Source: an uncultured Bacteroidales bacterium (lineage in GTDB: Bacteria > Bacteroidota > Bacteroidia > Bacteroidales > UBA3824). From it: a stretch of DNA of 64,000 bases. Under the pieces are notes generated by a model. It was given only the letters and a program-made list of their open reading frames with translations, was not told the origin of the DNA and searched no databases. This document shows, piece by piece, positions 8,976 to 19,592 of this stretch. The stretch is from positions 4,709-68,708 of the forward strand of contig CAJOJG010000006.1 in NCBI GenBank assembly GCA_905234655.1. The letters run 5' to 3'. A program made the position numbers and the translations under genes. Every line of letters begins with the position of its first letter. Within the stretch, counting starts at the first letter, position 1.

Positions 8976-10916
8976 ATGAACATCAACAAGAATTTATTAT
9001 ATGTGTTGCCGGCGGCCATGGCTTTGGCGTTCAGCTCCTGCTCCGACTACCTTGACAAGGAGCCTGATGCCATCGTCAGCTCGGACGATGCCTTCGGTAA
9101 CTTCAGAAACTTCCAGGGTTTCGTCGAGCAAGTCCACCTGGCTGTGCCTACTAAGACGCTCTGCTATTGGAACACCACTTTCAACTGGGGCGAGGACGAA
9201 ATCCTCAGCACCGCCGGCAACTCGCCATACGTCACATACAACATGGACGAAGGCAACTTCCGCGCCTACTTCCAGAACTGGGGCGGCAACCTCACATACC
9301 TCTACGGAAATACCAACCGTGGCAACGACCGTATGGGAAACCACATCCTTAACAGCGCGTGGTACTGCATCCGTAAGTGCAACGTCGGACTGGAGAACCT
9401 CGACAAGCTCGTTAACGCTACTGAAGAAGAGAGGAACACCATTAAAGGCGAACTCCTGTTCTTCCGTGCATGGTGGCACGAAGAGATGCTTATCTTCTTC
9501 GGCGGACTTCCATATCAGGAAGGTGTGCCGGCTGCCAATGACGTGCTTAACGCTCCGAGGATGACCTTGCAGGAGACCGCTAAGAAGGCCGCCGAGGACT
9601 TCGAGGCTGCTGCCGCTCTCCTTCCTAACAACTGGGACAAGTCGTCCGTAGGCGCGGCTACTTCGGGTCATAACGAACTGCGCATAACGAAAGCCACTGC
9701 ATTGGCATACGCAGGCAAGATGTACCTCTACGCAGCAAGCCCGCTCGCTGAGAACGGCGCACAGACCGGCGGAAAAAGCGGTAAGACTTACGCCTATAAT
9801 GAGGAATTGGCTAAACAGGCCGCCACTGTCCTCGGAAACTGCATAGACCTCCTCGAATCAGGCAAGACTCCCTACGAACTTGCATCTTACGAGTACGAAG
9901 ACATCTATGACCATAAGAAAGCCGCTGGCGTGACCAACAGCTTCTCCGAAATCTTCTGGACACAGAACAACGGCTGGCGTCAGCCTGGTGGAAAGGAGGC
10001 GATGATGCGCGGATGTCCCTTCGGCACTAACGGCGCACGCTGGGGCGAGGCTACTAACTGGGGACCCAACAAGAACGGTCTTTGCGAAGGAGGCTTCTGC
10101 TGCACTCCTACCGCCAACTATGTCAACTACGCATACGGCACTGCCGACGGCTACCGTCTCGAAGACGCTCCGGCGGAGAGTTTCGACAAGACCCATCCTT
10201 TCAGGAACCGCGACACCCGTTTCTACCACGACATCGTATTCGACGGTTTCGAGTACATCAACGGCGACACAAAGGATTACGAAGACTACAAATATGCAAC
10301 TCTCTACACAGGCGGTTTGATGAGGGATCCTGAGAAGAACAGCCGCACAGGCTACTTCTGCCAGAAACTCTTCCCCCATACCTGCAACAAGGTTGACGAT
10401 GCTTTCGGATACGGCAACGCCGGCGACAGCTACCTGCCTTACCTTCGCATGGCCGATGTTTACCTGATGTACGCCGAGGCAGGCGCAGCGGTAAGCGGCG
10501 CGACAGCTAAGTTCGGCTCGACGAGTAAGACCGCCCGCGACGCTATTAATGTACTCCGCGACCGTGTCAGCGTAGCCCACGTCCTCGACATGTACGCTGG
10601 CGACAAGAACACATTCATGGACGAAGTAAGGCGCGAGAGGGCGTGCGAGTTGGCTTTCGAAGGCTTCCGCTATAACGACCTCGCTCGTTGGCTGCTCCTG
10701 ACCGAGTATCCTTACACCCTCAAGACCTCGCAGGAGTTCACCCGCGACGACCCCGACTTCGACTTCTCGAAGCAGGATCCGAGGGACGCTAAGGTTGCTA
10801 ACTGGACTGAGAAGGAAATCCTTACCCGCAAGTACGACGCTAAGCATTATTTCTTCCCGTTCAGAGATGCCGATGTTTACATCTACGAAGGGTTCTCGCA
10901 GAATCCTGGATGGTAG
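8976..10916 (+). CDS. SusD/RagB-family glycan-binding lipoprotein (XusB-like)
   Basis: 646 aa. Lipobox AFSSCSDYLDKEPD. SusD hallmarks are present: RAWWHEEMLIFFGG, MADVYLMYAEA, RRERACELAFEGFRYNDLARW. Confidence 0.95.
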   Translation: MNINKNLLYVLPAAMALAFSSCSDYLDKEPDAIVSSDDAFGNFRNFQGFVEQVHLAVPTKTLCYWNTTFNWGEDEILSTAGNSPYVTYNMDEGNFRAYFQNWGGNLTYLYGNTNRGNDRMGNHILNSAWYCIRKCNVGLENLDKLVNATEEERNTIKGELLFFRAWWHEEMLIFFGGLPYQEGVPAANDVLNAPRMTLQETAKKAAEDFEAAAALLPNNWDKSSVGAATSGHNELRITKATALAYAGKMYLYAASPLAENGAQTGGKSGKTYAYNEELAKQAATVLGNCIDLLESGKTPYELASYEYEDIYDHKKAAGVTNSFSEIFWTQNNGWRQPGGKEAMMRGCPFGTNGARWGEATNWGPNKNGLCEGGFCCTPTANYVNYAYGTADGYRLEDAPAESFDKTHPFRNRDTRFYHDIVFDGFEYINGDTKDYEDYKYATLYTGGLMRDPEKNSRTGYFCQKLFPHTCNKVDDAFGYGNAGDSYLPYLRMADVYLMYAEAGAAVSGATAKFGSTSKTARDAINVLRDRVSVAHVLDMYAGDKNTFMDEVRRERACELAFEGFRYNDLARWLLLTEYPYTLKTSQEFTRDDPDFDFSKQDPRDAKVANWTEKEILTRKYDAKHYFFPFRDADVYIYEGFSQNPGW

Positions 10917-10952
10917 TAGTATAAATCTTATTATATCAATTGGAAAAATAAT

Positions 10953-13883
10953 ATGAAAAGCAATAAGTATATATCAGGCATTGCAGCAGGCACGTTGGCT
11001 TTTACGGCGTTGATAGCCAATCCGGCGACAGTTTCGGCGCAGGAAGAGGAAGGCGACACTGTTGCAGCCAAGGCGGTTCACACTCTTTTCCGTGACCAGG
11101 ACCCGGACAGGATTCTTGGCGGTGTCGTCACGGTGGACTATACTGAGCTGCAAAAGAAAAACTTCGGTTCGGTCAATGCTATTTCATTAGCCAATACCGG
11201 CAATTTCTGGGGCTATGGCGGCGGGCTGGTGCTCATTGACGGTCTTCCCGCCAACAACTCGGTGCTTTACGACGACATCGAGTCCATCACTTACATCAAA
11301 GGTGCGCAGGCTGTGGCTCTCTACGGCAGCCGTGGCGTTAACGGCGTGATTCTCGTAAAGACTAAGCGCGGAAAGAACGAGCCTATCTCCATCACTGCAA
11401 GAGGCAACTTCGGAATGGGATTCGACAAGGCATACCCGGAGTTACTCGGCTCGGCTGAGTACATGATGTTCTACAACAAGGCTTTGGAGAACGACGGACT
11501 CTCGGCTAAGTATTCTGACGCAGACATCTATTATTCTGCATCCGGCGAGAACCCATATCTCTACCCCGATGTCGACTTCTATTCTTCTGACTATATCAAG
11601 AACCACTTCTGCGGCGGCGACGTGTCTATGATAATAGAAGGCGGCAACGACAAAGCCACTTTCTACACCGACATCATGGCGGAGCGTAGTGGCGACCAGT
11701 TCAAGTTTGGCGAGGCTAAGAATAACTACGCCAGCACACTCGCAATCCGTGGTAACGTGGACATCCACCTTACAGATAGGATTTCCGCAGAGGTCGACGC
11801 TAATGTCAATATGCATGACGTAAGGTCTTATGTGGGAACGAGCTACTGGTCGGCGGCTGCTTCTCAGCGTCCTAACCGTATCGCCCCGTTAATTCCGTTG
11901 AGCATGATTTCGTCCACCGCCCTTGACGCGCTGGATCTTATGAAGGAAAACACCAACATCATTGATGGCAAGTATTTCCTTTCTGGTACTCAGGAAGATG
12001 CAACAAACGTGTTCGCCAATATCTACTCCGGTGGAAAGTCAAAAGCCACTAACCGCCAGTTCCAGTTCAACACTCAGTTGCACTTTGACCTGCGTGACTT
12101 GCTCGAAGGACTATCCTTCCACACACAGTTCGGTATGGAGTACGCCACGACATACACCACAAGCTTCAACAACCAGTATGCGGTGTACATCCCGACATGG
12201 TTCGACCTTGGCAATGGCGAGGTAATCACTAACCTCAAGAAGGAGAACGAAAATAAGAAGACTGGTACACAGAATGTCGGTGGCAGTAGCACACGACGCA
12301 TGTTCGCCTTCAACGCACACCTTGACTACGACCACTCGTTCGGCGACCATACTGTTGGCGGCATGATTCTCGTCAACGGTTATCAGAAGGCTGTCGATGG
12401 TGAGTACCACAAGACCTCTAACGCCGACCTCTCTTTCAATGCAAACTACAATTTTGCAAAAAGGTACTACGCGGACGTTACATTTGCAATCCCCCACTCG
12501 GCTAAGCTTGCTGAAGGCCACAGGAACGGCTTCTCGAAGTCCATGTCCCTCGGCTGGAACATCGCCAACGAGCCTTTCTTCGACAAGAGCAGCGTCATCA
12601 ACTCTCTTACATTCTCGTTTTCCGCATCTGACCTCTGCGAAGACATAGACATTTCCGACTACTACATGTACGCTGGCACATGGTCGTTCGAGGAGGGCTG
12701 GTACTCCTGGCGCGAGGGCAACGGCACTCAGCCCACATACTCCGTACGTGGCGAGAACCCCGAACTCGACTTCATCCACCGCAAGGAATTGTCCACTAAT
12801 GTAAAGGTGTCCATGCTCCAGAACAGCTTGGTATTCGACTTCTCGATGTTCACCTCCAAGCAGGCCGGTCTTATCATCACACCGTCCCTCGTTCCGTCAT
12901 ACTTCACCTCGTATTACCCCGGCGCGTCCTTCATCTCGTACATAAACAACAACGAGAACACATTCAAGGGCATCGATTTCGGCATCAACTACACAAAACA
13001 GTTTGGCGAAGTTACAGTCGGTCTCGGAGTATTTGGCTCCACAATGGTTGCAAAAGCCGGCAAGCGTGATGAATCCAACATACCGGACCTTGAAGGATAC
13101 AATCTTGACGCTGATGGCAACAAGATTTACATTGATAAGGATGGCAATGCTACAAAGAGCGAGTTTGATGCCAATGGTATGCAAAATGGACCTTCGATGT
13201 CCACCGACTACCGCAAGCGTGAGGGCAAATACCTCGACGGCGTCTGGGGGTACGAGAGCCTTGGCTACTTCAAGACCCAGGAAGAAATCGACAACTATGC
13301 TACTTACGCCCTCGGCAGCGACAAGCCTCTCAGGCCCGGCGACATCAAGTACAAGGATCAGAATAACGACGGCGTCATCGACTCCAAGGACCAAGTCGAA
13401 CTCGGCAGGGCCGGATGGTACGGCGCACCATTCTCCATGGGCTTTAACGTCAGCGCAAGCTACAGGAACTTCACGCTTTTCGTCGCTGGTCATGGCAATT
13501 TTGGCACGACAAGCGTAAAGAACAGCGAGTACTACTGGGTTAACGGTGAAGACAAGTACACCGCCGCTGTCCGCGACACATGGACTGAAGAAAACCCCAA
13601 CGCCAAGTATCCGCGCCTTACTACTGGTAACGGCAACAACAACTTCCAGACATCAGACTTCTGGACATTCAAGAACAACGTGTTCTACCTCGACAAAATC
13701 CAGCTCTCATACGACTTCCCGTCGTCGATGTTCGAGAACAACAGGATTATCAAGGGATGTTCGGTATACGTGTATGGCAGCAACCTGCTTACCATTTCCA
13801 AGGAGCGCGAGCTTCTCGAGCGCAGTTACGGTTCGGCACCGCAGTATCGTTTCTACAACTTCGGTGTAAAAGTAAATTTCTAA
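10953..13883 (+). CDS. SusC-family transporter, second of tandem pair (XusC-like), lacking the CarboxypepD_reg N-domain
   Basis: 976 aa. The signal peptide is followed directly by the plug (VLIDGLPANN...ITYIKGAQAVALYGSRGVNGVILVKTKRG). It ends ...RFYNFGVKVNF and is followed by a SusD gene. Confidence 0.9.
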   Translation: MKSNKYISGIAAGTLAFTALIANPATVSAQEEEGDTVAAKAVHTLFRDQDPDRILGGVVTVDYTELQKKNFGSVNAISLANTGNFWGYGGGLVLIDGLPANNSVLYDDIESITYIKGAQAVALYGSRGVNGVILVKTKRGKNEPISITARGNFGMGFDKAYPELLGSAEYMMFYNKALENDGLSAKYSDADIYYSASGENPYLYPDVDFYSSDYIKNHFCGGDVSMIIEGGNDKATFYTDIMAERSGDQFKFGEAKNNYASTLAIRGNVDIHLTDRISAEVDANVNMHDVRSYVGTSYWSAAASQRPNRIAPLIPLSMISSTALDALDLMKENTNIIDGKYFLSGTQEDATNVFANIYSGGKSKATNRQFQFNTQLHFDLRDLLEGLSFHTQFGMEYATTYTTSFNNQYAVYIPTWFDLGNGEVITNLKKENENKKTGTQNVGGSSTRRMFAFNAHLDYDHSFGDHTVGGMILVNGYQKAVDGEYHKTSNADLSFNANYNFAKRYYADVTFAIPHSAKLAEGHRNGFSKSMSLGWNIANEPFFDKSSVINSLTFSFSASDLCEDIDISDYYMYAGTWSFEEGWYSWREGNGTQPTYSVRGENPELDFIHRKELSTNVKVSMLQNSLVFDFSMFTSKQAGLIITPSLVPSYFTSYYPGASFISYINNNENTFKGIDFGINYTKQFGEVTVGLGVFGSTMVAKAGKRDESNIPDLEGYNLDADGNKIYIDKDGNATKSEFDANGMQNGPSMSTDYRKREGKYLDGVWGYESLGYFKTQEEIDNYATYALGSDKPLRPGDIKYKDQNNDGVIDSKDQVELGRAGWYGAPFSMGFNVSASYRNFTLFVAGHGNFGTTSVKNSEYYWVNGEDKYTAAVRDTWTEENPNAKYPRLTTGNGNNNFQTSDFWTFKNNVFYLDKIQLSYDFPSSMFENNRIIKGCSVYVYGSNLLTISKERELLERSYGSAPQYRFYNFGVKVNF

Positions 13884-13906
13884 CCTGTTAATTAGTTATT
13901 GGCAAA

Positions 13907-15670
13907 ATGAACAAGACATTATATATCGCCGCTTGCATTGCCTTGGGATGCTCTCTCAATGCGTGTGACGACCTGATGGAGCCGGCTATAGACAACCTCA
14001 ACGAGTTTTCTTCGCTCTACGGTACTGTCAATCAGGCTGCACATGTACTCGGCAATGCTTACATAAAACTGCCTTACCCGGCAATGCCCGAGACCGACCT
14101 TGCTACGGACGACGCTGTCACCAACGACGCCGACAACAGCTTCAGGCTCATGGCGGGCGGCAGCTGGACCGCAACGTCCAACCCCGTTGACCGCTGGAAG
14201 GACGCCTACTACGCCATCCAGAACGTCAACATCTTCCTCGAGAACATCGACAACATCAACTGGAGCGAAGACCCGGTTTATGCAGAGATGATTCGCGACC
14301 ACATGAGGGGCGAGGCTTTGGCTCTCAGGGGAATATTCCACTACTTCCTCCTCCAGGCTCACGCCGGCAAGGTCGGCGGAACCCTCATGGGTGTGCCGAT
14401 CCACACCGTGTCTGAAAACGGTTCTTCGGATTTCAACCAGCCGCGTAATTCGTTCCAGGAATGTTACAACCAGATTATGAAGGACCTCGACGATGCCGCC
14501 GCGCTTCTCCCAGAAGTTTACGTCAACGTGAAGGAAGAGGACGTGCCCGCCAAGTACAAGGAAAAAGGTGGCACGGCATACGACTACAACCGCGCACAAG
14601 GCGAGCTTTGGTCTGGCAAGGTGGACGGTCGAATCATCAAGACCTTCAAGTCGCTCCTCTCGCTCATGGCCGCAAGCCCCGCTTACGGCACAGAGACTTG
14701 GGAGAACGCCGCTAAGTACGCTTCCGAGGTCGTCACGTCCCTCGGCGGCATCTCGGCTCTGACAAGCAACAGCATCGCCTGGTTCAACGACAAGGAATAC
14801 GTTGAAAACGGCGTTTCAGCACTCGTCGTCCCCGACGTGGCGATATGGTGGAACGGCCGTAACAAGACCGCCGACTACGAGGCGGACAACTTCCCGCCAT
14901 CGCTCTACGGCAAAGGCCGCGTGAACCCCACTCAGAACCTTGTCGACGCTTTCCCGATGGAAAACGGCTACCCAATCACCGACCCTGCGTCTGGCTATAA
15001 TGACCAGGACCCCTACACCGGGCGCGACCCGCGCCTTGCCAAGTACATCCTCTTCGACCAGGGCGTGATTGAAAACGCCAACAACGACGTCATCACCACC
15101 GGCGACTACGCCGACAACAAGGACGGACGCGACAAGGATCTCAGCATCTCCACCCGCACCGGCTACTATATGAAGAAGCTCCTGCGCACAGACGCCAACC
15201 CGAGTTCGTCGAGCAAGTCGGAGCAGTACCACCTCATCCCCCGTATCCGCGTCGAGGAGATGTTCCTCACTTACGCCGAGGCCGCCAACGAGGCCTGGGG
15301 ACCGACCACTGGCTCTCCGTCCGCATACGATGTCATCAAGCAAATCCGCCAGTACGCCGGCATAACCGGCGGCGACGCTTACCTCGAGTCCATCAAGGGC
15401 GACAAGGACAAGATGCGCGACATGATCCGTAACGAACGCCGCATCAACCTCTGCTTCGAGAACAAGCGTTTCTGGGATCTCCGCCGTTGGAACGTGTCGC
15501 TCTCCGAAGCCGCCAAGGGCGTGAAGATTACCAAAGACGGTAACACAAGGAAGTTCGAGTACATCGAGGTTGAAAAACGCGATTTCAAGGATTACCAGAC
15601 TTACTGCCCGATTCCCGCAGCCGAGATTAACAAGTTCCCCGCCCTCCAGCAGAACGACGGCTGGCAGTAG
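13907..15670 (+). CDS. SusD/RagB-family lipoprotein (XusD-like)
   Basis: 587 aa. Lipobox LGCSLNAC. Motifs: RGEALALRGIFHYFLLQ, VEEMFLTYAEAANEA, RNERRINLCFENKRFWDLRRW. Confidence 0.95.
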   Translation: MNKTLYIAACIALGCSLNACDDLMEPAIDNLNEFSSLYGTVNQAAHVLGNAYIKLPYPAMPETDLATDDAVTNDADNSFRLMAGGSWTATSNPVDRWKDAYYAIQNVNIFLENIDNINWSEDPVYAEMIRDHMRGEALALRGIFHYFLLQAHAGKVGGTLMGVPIHTVSENGSSDFNQPRNSFQECYNQIMKDLDDAAALLPEVYVNVKEEDVPAKYKEKGGTAYDYNRAQGELWSGKVDGRIIKTFKSLLSLMAASPAYGTETWENAAKYASEVVTSLGGISALTSNSIAWFNDKEYVENGVSALVVPDVAIWWNGRNKTADYEADNFPPSLYGKGRVNPTQNLVDAFPMENGYPITDPASGYNDQDPYTGRDPRLAKYILFDQGVIENANNDVITTGDYADNKDGRDKDLSISTRTGYYMKKLLRTDANPSSSSKSEQYHLIPRIRVEEMFLTYAEAANEAWGPTTGSPSAYDVIKQIRQYAGITGGDAYLESIKGDKDKMRDMIRNERRINLCFENKRFWDLRRWNVSLSEAAKGVKITKDGNTRKFEYIEVEKRDFKDYQTYCPIPAAEINKFPALQQNDGWQ

Positions 15671-15713
15671 TCAAATGACAAATTAATTAACATTAATTGA
15701 ATTTACAAGCATT

Positions 15714-16754
15714 ATGAACGTTTCAATAAAACATATATCGCTTTCGCTTGCAGCAGCCTCGCTTTTTGCGATGGGCTCCTGCAAGAACAGCGACATCGAA
15801 TTTGACGATTACAAGGAGCAGACGGTGTACTTCGCTACGCAGACGCCCGTGAGGACTCTTGTAATGGGAAAGGATTTCGATAACGACAATACCCTCGACA
15901 AGCAGCACCGCTGCCGCATCGGCGCAACAATGGGCGGCTCTTACACGGGAAGCAACGGCACAGTGGATTTTGTTGTGGACAATTCGCTCTGCGACAACAT
16001 CTTCTTCGATGATGCCGCCACCCAGCCAGTGGAGCCCATGCCGTCGGCGTACTACAAACTTGGAGAGTCGCCGATTAGATTCGGCGGTCAGATGACTGGC
16101 TTCGTCGATGTCGAGTTGACGGACGCATTCTTTGCCGACCCGCTCTCCGCTACCAAGCACTACGTAATTCCATTGAGGATGACTAATCAGAGCGGATTCG
16201 ACAGGATTCTTACCGGCGAGTATGACGCTGCTGTTTACAGCACTGCGCCTGCGCTTACTAACGCCGGTGCATGGTCGGTTCTGCCGATGAACTACGTGCT
16301 GTACTGCGTGACCTACATGAGCAAGTACGGCGGATACTATCTCCGTCGCGGCGTTGACAATATCAACGGCACAGTGGTTAAGCGTGAGTTCAAGAACGAG
16401 TACCAGATTGAGGACGATGTAACTGATCTTGTGGTAACAAATGGCCTTAACAAGGTAACTCTCACTGTAAAGTACCTCCTCGACAATGTCGAGACCTATT
16501 ATGACCTCGTGATGACCTTCGACGACGCTCAGAAATGCACAGTCACCTCCGGCACCTCCGGCGTGACTGTCACAGGCTCCGGCGAGTTTGTCGATGATGG
16601 CGCGGGAAAGTACTGGGGAGACATCACACGCGACCAGCTTACCCTCAAGTATGAAATCAACGACGGCACAAACACAATCAGCACCACCGATACCCTTGTG
16701 TCGCAGCGCACTGGTTTGAAATTTGAGACATTCTCTTATACTTACAAACAATAA
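15714..16754 (+). CDS. DUF1735-like surface lipoprotein (XusE position of xus clusters)
   Basis: 346 aa. Lipobox AMGSCKNSDIEFDD. TVYFATQTPVRTLVMG and HYVIPLRMTN are typical of the BT_3987/DUF1735 type. It occupies the position directly after the second SusD, as in known xylan PULs. The near full-length antisense ORF 15723-16751 was rejected. Confidence 0.7.
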   Translation: MNVSIKHISLSLAAASLFAMGSCKNSDIEFDDYKEQTVYFATQTPVRTLVMGKDFDNDNTLDKQHRCRIGATMGGSYTGSNGTVDFVVDNSLCDNIFFDDAATQPVEPMPSAYYKLGESPIRFGGQMTGFVDVELTDAFFADPLSATKHYVIPLRMTNQSGFDRILTGEYDAAVYSTAPALTNAGAWSVLPMNYVLYCVTYMSKYGGYYLRRGVDNINGTVVKREFKNEYQIEDDVTDLVVTNGLNKVTLTVKYLLDNVETYYDLVMTFDDAQKCTVTSGTSGVTVTGSGEFVDDGAGKYWGDITRDQLTLKYEINDGTNTISTTDTLVSQRTGLKFETFSYTYKQ

Positions 16755-16766
16755 TCTTAGACCATC

Positions 16767-19436
16767 ATGAACATTTCAAGATATATATATCCAATGGCTG
16801 TCGGCGCGGTGCTGCTAAGTTCGTGCGCCGACGACCTCCAGAAAAGCATCGTGGTAGACAAGCCCGAGTCCGTAATCGAGGACGAGCGTTATAAAGACCT
16901 CAACGCGCTCAAGTCATACGTCCAGGGCGGCAATCTCAAGATTTCCGCCTCTGTATCTGCCGACGACATCCTCGAGGGCGGCCTGACGGCTGCTGTGTCT
17001 GTCAACAACTTCAACGAACTCGCCGCCGAGGCTTCGTTCGCCCACGGCGCAGTGGTCAAGGACGACGGCACGCCCGATTTCACCAAGATCCAGAGCCTCG
17101 CCAACACCGCCGAAAAATACGGCATGACTGTGTTCGGCGGCCCGCTGGTGTGGAGCGACAATCAGAGCGCAAAATATCTTTCGGGTCTTATTGCCCCGAA
17201 GGTGGTGGAAGTCGTTGTTCCTGACACCCCCGTGGAAGTACCTGATTTCGTTACCAACGGTTCTTTCAACGAGAACAATGTCAACAACTGGGCAAACAAC
17301 TGGCAAGGCCCCACATTCTCCCGTACCTCGGAAGGAAGTGGCTATTGCATCGAATATACTATCGGCGAGGCCGGCGCCAACCAGTGGGACAAGCAGGGCA
17401 TATACACTCTGCCAGTTGCGATGGAACAGGGCAAGACTTATGTCGTAAAGATAAAGGCAAAAGCCTCAAACCCGCCGTCAGACGATCCTGAGACCGATGC
17501 TGCAAAAGTTTTTGGACTTTGGCCTATTTGGTCCACAAGTGAGAACAAGAACGAATGGGGCGGCAGCAACGACGTGCAGTACCTTGCTAGTTATGCTGTT
17601 TTCTCTGAATGGACAGAGTACACATGGAAATTCGAGGCTTCGTTCCCCCACGACAAATTGCAGTTTGTGTTCGGCAAGCTCGGCGGCAGCATGTATTTCG
17701 ACGACCTTAGTGTCGTGGAGGCTGGCTCCGACAACGAAATGGTAGCCAACGGTACATTCGACGCAGAGTCCATCGACGGATGGTCAAACAACTGGCAGGG
17801 CCCGACTTACGCTCGCATCGAGGACAAGAACTACTTCATCGAATATCAGTGCGGCGAGGCTGGCACCAACCAGTGGGACAAGCAGGCCATCTACACTCTT
17901 GGCACACCGATGCTCCAGGGCTCCAAATACACTGTCAAACTCAAAGTTCGGGCAGAGAATGAAGGTACTGTCGGACTCTGGCCCATTTGGTCAACAAGCG
18001 AAAACAAGAACCAGTGGGGCGGAAGCAATGACGTTCAGTACCTCGACACTTACGAGGTCGGCACTTCATGGAAGGAGCTCACATGGGAGTTCAACGCATC
18101 GTTCCCACATGATCAGTTGCAGTTCGTATTTGGAACCCAAAGCGGCAACATCTATTTCGACGACTTGTCGGTGGACGGCCCCGCCGCTGCTCCCACTCCG
18201 CAGCCGGGCGGCTCAACATGGGAGAATGTCCTCGCCAACCCCGACTGCGAAGGTACTGACGTCAGTGCATTCGTGTCAAAGGAATACCCGGGAACAGAAT
18301 CGATTGCAGCCAAGATTGTTGATGGCGAAGGCGTGGACGGCGGCCGTTGTGTTGTCGTCAACTCCGCAAAAAAAGTTTCCGAATCTTGGGATTCGCAGTT
18401 CTGGATTGTAACCCCGGAGTTTTACCCCGAAGGCACTACGTTCAAGCTGGAGTTTGACTACAAGGCGTCGGCTGCCGTGACGGTCGGCACTCAGGCTCAT
18501 GAAGCACCGGGCAATTACAACCACTGGAGCTTCGCCGGCGACATTAATTTCACCACCGAATGGCAGCATTACGAAAAGACGTTCACTCTTGACGCCAACC
18601 AGACTGCAAAACAGGGTTTCAAGTCTTGCGCATTCAACCTTTCTGTTGACAGCGACGTAACCTATTATTTCGACAACATGCAGGTTCTGTTTGAACATAA
18701 GGACGAGCCTACGAAGGAACTCACCGACGAGGAGAAGTCCGACACCCTCAAATGGGCTCTTAATGAATGGCTCAAGGGCATCATGGACGCTACCAACGGT
18801 ACTATAACCAATTGGGATGTGATAGCCGACCCGTTGTCCAACTCTGTTGATATTGAAGGCTCTGATTTGTATGCGCTCCAGAAGTCCAGTGCTCCTAATG
18901 GCGACAAGGCGGCGAGCGGTCAGGCTTTCTATTGGCAGGATTACATCGACAATGTGGAATTAGTCCGCATGGCTATTGACACTACGCGCAAGTATTTTGC
19001 CGGCGACAAGTCGCAGCTCAAACTTTTCGTAAGCGAATATGGCCTTGAAAAAGACTCCAAGAAGGTGTCGAGCCTTTTGCATTGGATTGACGCCTGGGAA
19101 GACGACGACACCAAAATCGACGGCATCAGCGTACAGTTGCACTTGACGACATCGGACAATGTCGACGGTGTAAAGTCCGCGCTCACGGCTCTCGCACAGT
19201 CGGGAAAGCTCATCAGGATTGGCTCGCTCGACGTGGCAGGTGCTGACGACGAAAAAGTCGCCGAAATGTACAAGGAAGTCGCAAAAGCTTACCTCTCGTC
19301 CGTACCGGCCGCCCAGCAGTATGGAATCAACCTCTCGGGCATCCAGAGCGGTCTCGACTACACAAGCCTTTGGACTGAAGAATACAAGCGCAATGCTTCG
19401 TACAAGGCGTTTGTAGAGGGATTAGGAGGAAAGTAA
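16767..19436 (+). CDS. GH10-derived lipoprotein with three inserted CBM4/22-like modules, predicted catalytically inactive (xylan-binding SGBP candidate)
   Basis: 889 aa. Lipobox LLSSCADD. The GH10 fold is split by an insert after KYLSGLIAPKVV, the same point as in the active paralog at 33357. The GH10 acid/base motif WDVxNE reads WDVIAD (A-D codons 18825-18830). The nucleophile motif I(S/T)ELD reads IGSLD (Ser codon 19224-19226). GNAMK reads EASFA and GHxLxWH reads GGPLVWS. Two tandem, clearly related CBM repeats lie at about 17250-17720 and 17740-18175, with a third module at about 18215-18700. Confidence 0.8.
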   Translation: MNISRYIYPMAVGAVLLSSCADDLQKSIVVDKPESVIEDERYKDLNALKSYVQGGNLKISASVSADDILEGGLTAAVSVNNFNELAAEASFAHGAVVKDDGTPDFTKIQSLANTAEKYGMTVFGGPLVWSDNQSAKYLSGLIAPKVVEVVVPDTPVEVPDFVTNGSFNENNVNNWANNWQGPTFSRTSEGSGYCIEYTIGEAGANQWDKQGIYTLPVAMEQGKTYVVKIKAKASNPPSDDPETDAAKVFGLWPIWSTSENKNEWGGSNDVQYLASYAVFSEWTEYTWKFEASFPHDKLQFVFGKLGGSMYFDDLSVVEAGSDNEMVANGTFDAESIDGWSNNWQGPTYARIEDKNYFIEYQCGEAGTNQWDKQAIYTLGTPMLQGSKYTVKLKVRAENEGTVGLWPIWSTSENKNQWGGSNDVQYLDTYEVGTSWKELTWEFNASFPHDQLQFVFGTQSGNIYFDDLSVDGPAAAPTPQPGGSTWENVLANPDCEGTDVSAFVSKEYPGTESIAAKIVDGEGVDGGRCVVVNSAKKVSESWDSQFWIVTPEFYPEGTTFKLEFDYKASAAVTVGTQAHEAPGNYNHWSFAGDINFTTEWQHYEKTFTLDANQTAKQGFKSCAFNLSVDSDVTYYFDNMQVLFEHKDEPTKELTDEEKSDTLKWALNEWLKGIMDATNGTITNWDVIADPLSNSVDIEGSDLYALQKSSAPNGDKAASGQAFYWQDYIDNVELVRMAIDTTRKYFAGDKSQLKLFVSEYGLEKDSKKVSSLLHWIDAWEDDDTKIDGISVQLHLTTSDNVDGVKSALTALAQSGKLIRIGSLDVAGADDEKVAEMYKEVAKAYLSSVPAAQQYGINLSGIQSGLDYTSLWTEEYKRNASYKAFVEGLGGK

Positions 19437-19519
19437 TTTTTGTGTTAGTAATGTTTTTTATTTTATTATTTAGTTATTTAGTACAAATTCAATTAGTTTA
19501 ATTAAATTTTGGTTTAGTG

Positions 19520-19566
19520 CAGGGGAAAAGTTGTGTTTTTTTATAACTTACGCCCCTGCTTTTTCC
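19520..19566 (+). terminator. Stem-loop terminator candidate
   Basis: GCAGGGGAAAAGTT...AACTTACGCCCCTGC followed by TTTTT, inside a 156-bp AT-rich spacer after the stop at 19436. Confidence 0.5.
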
Positions 19567-19592
19567 TTATTAATGACTAAAAAGAATGATTT

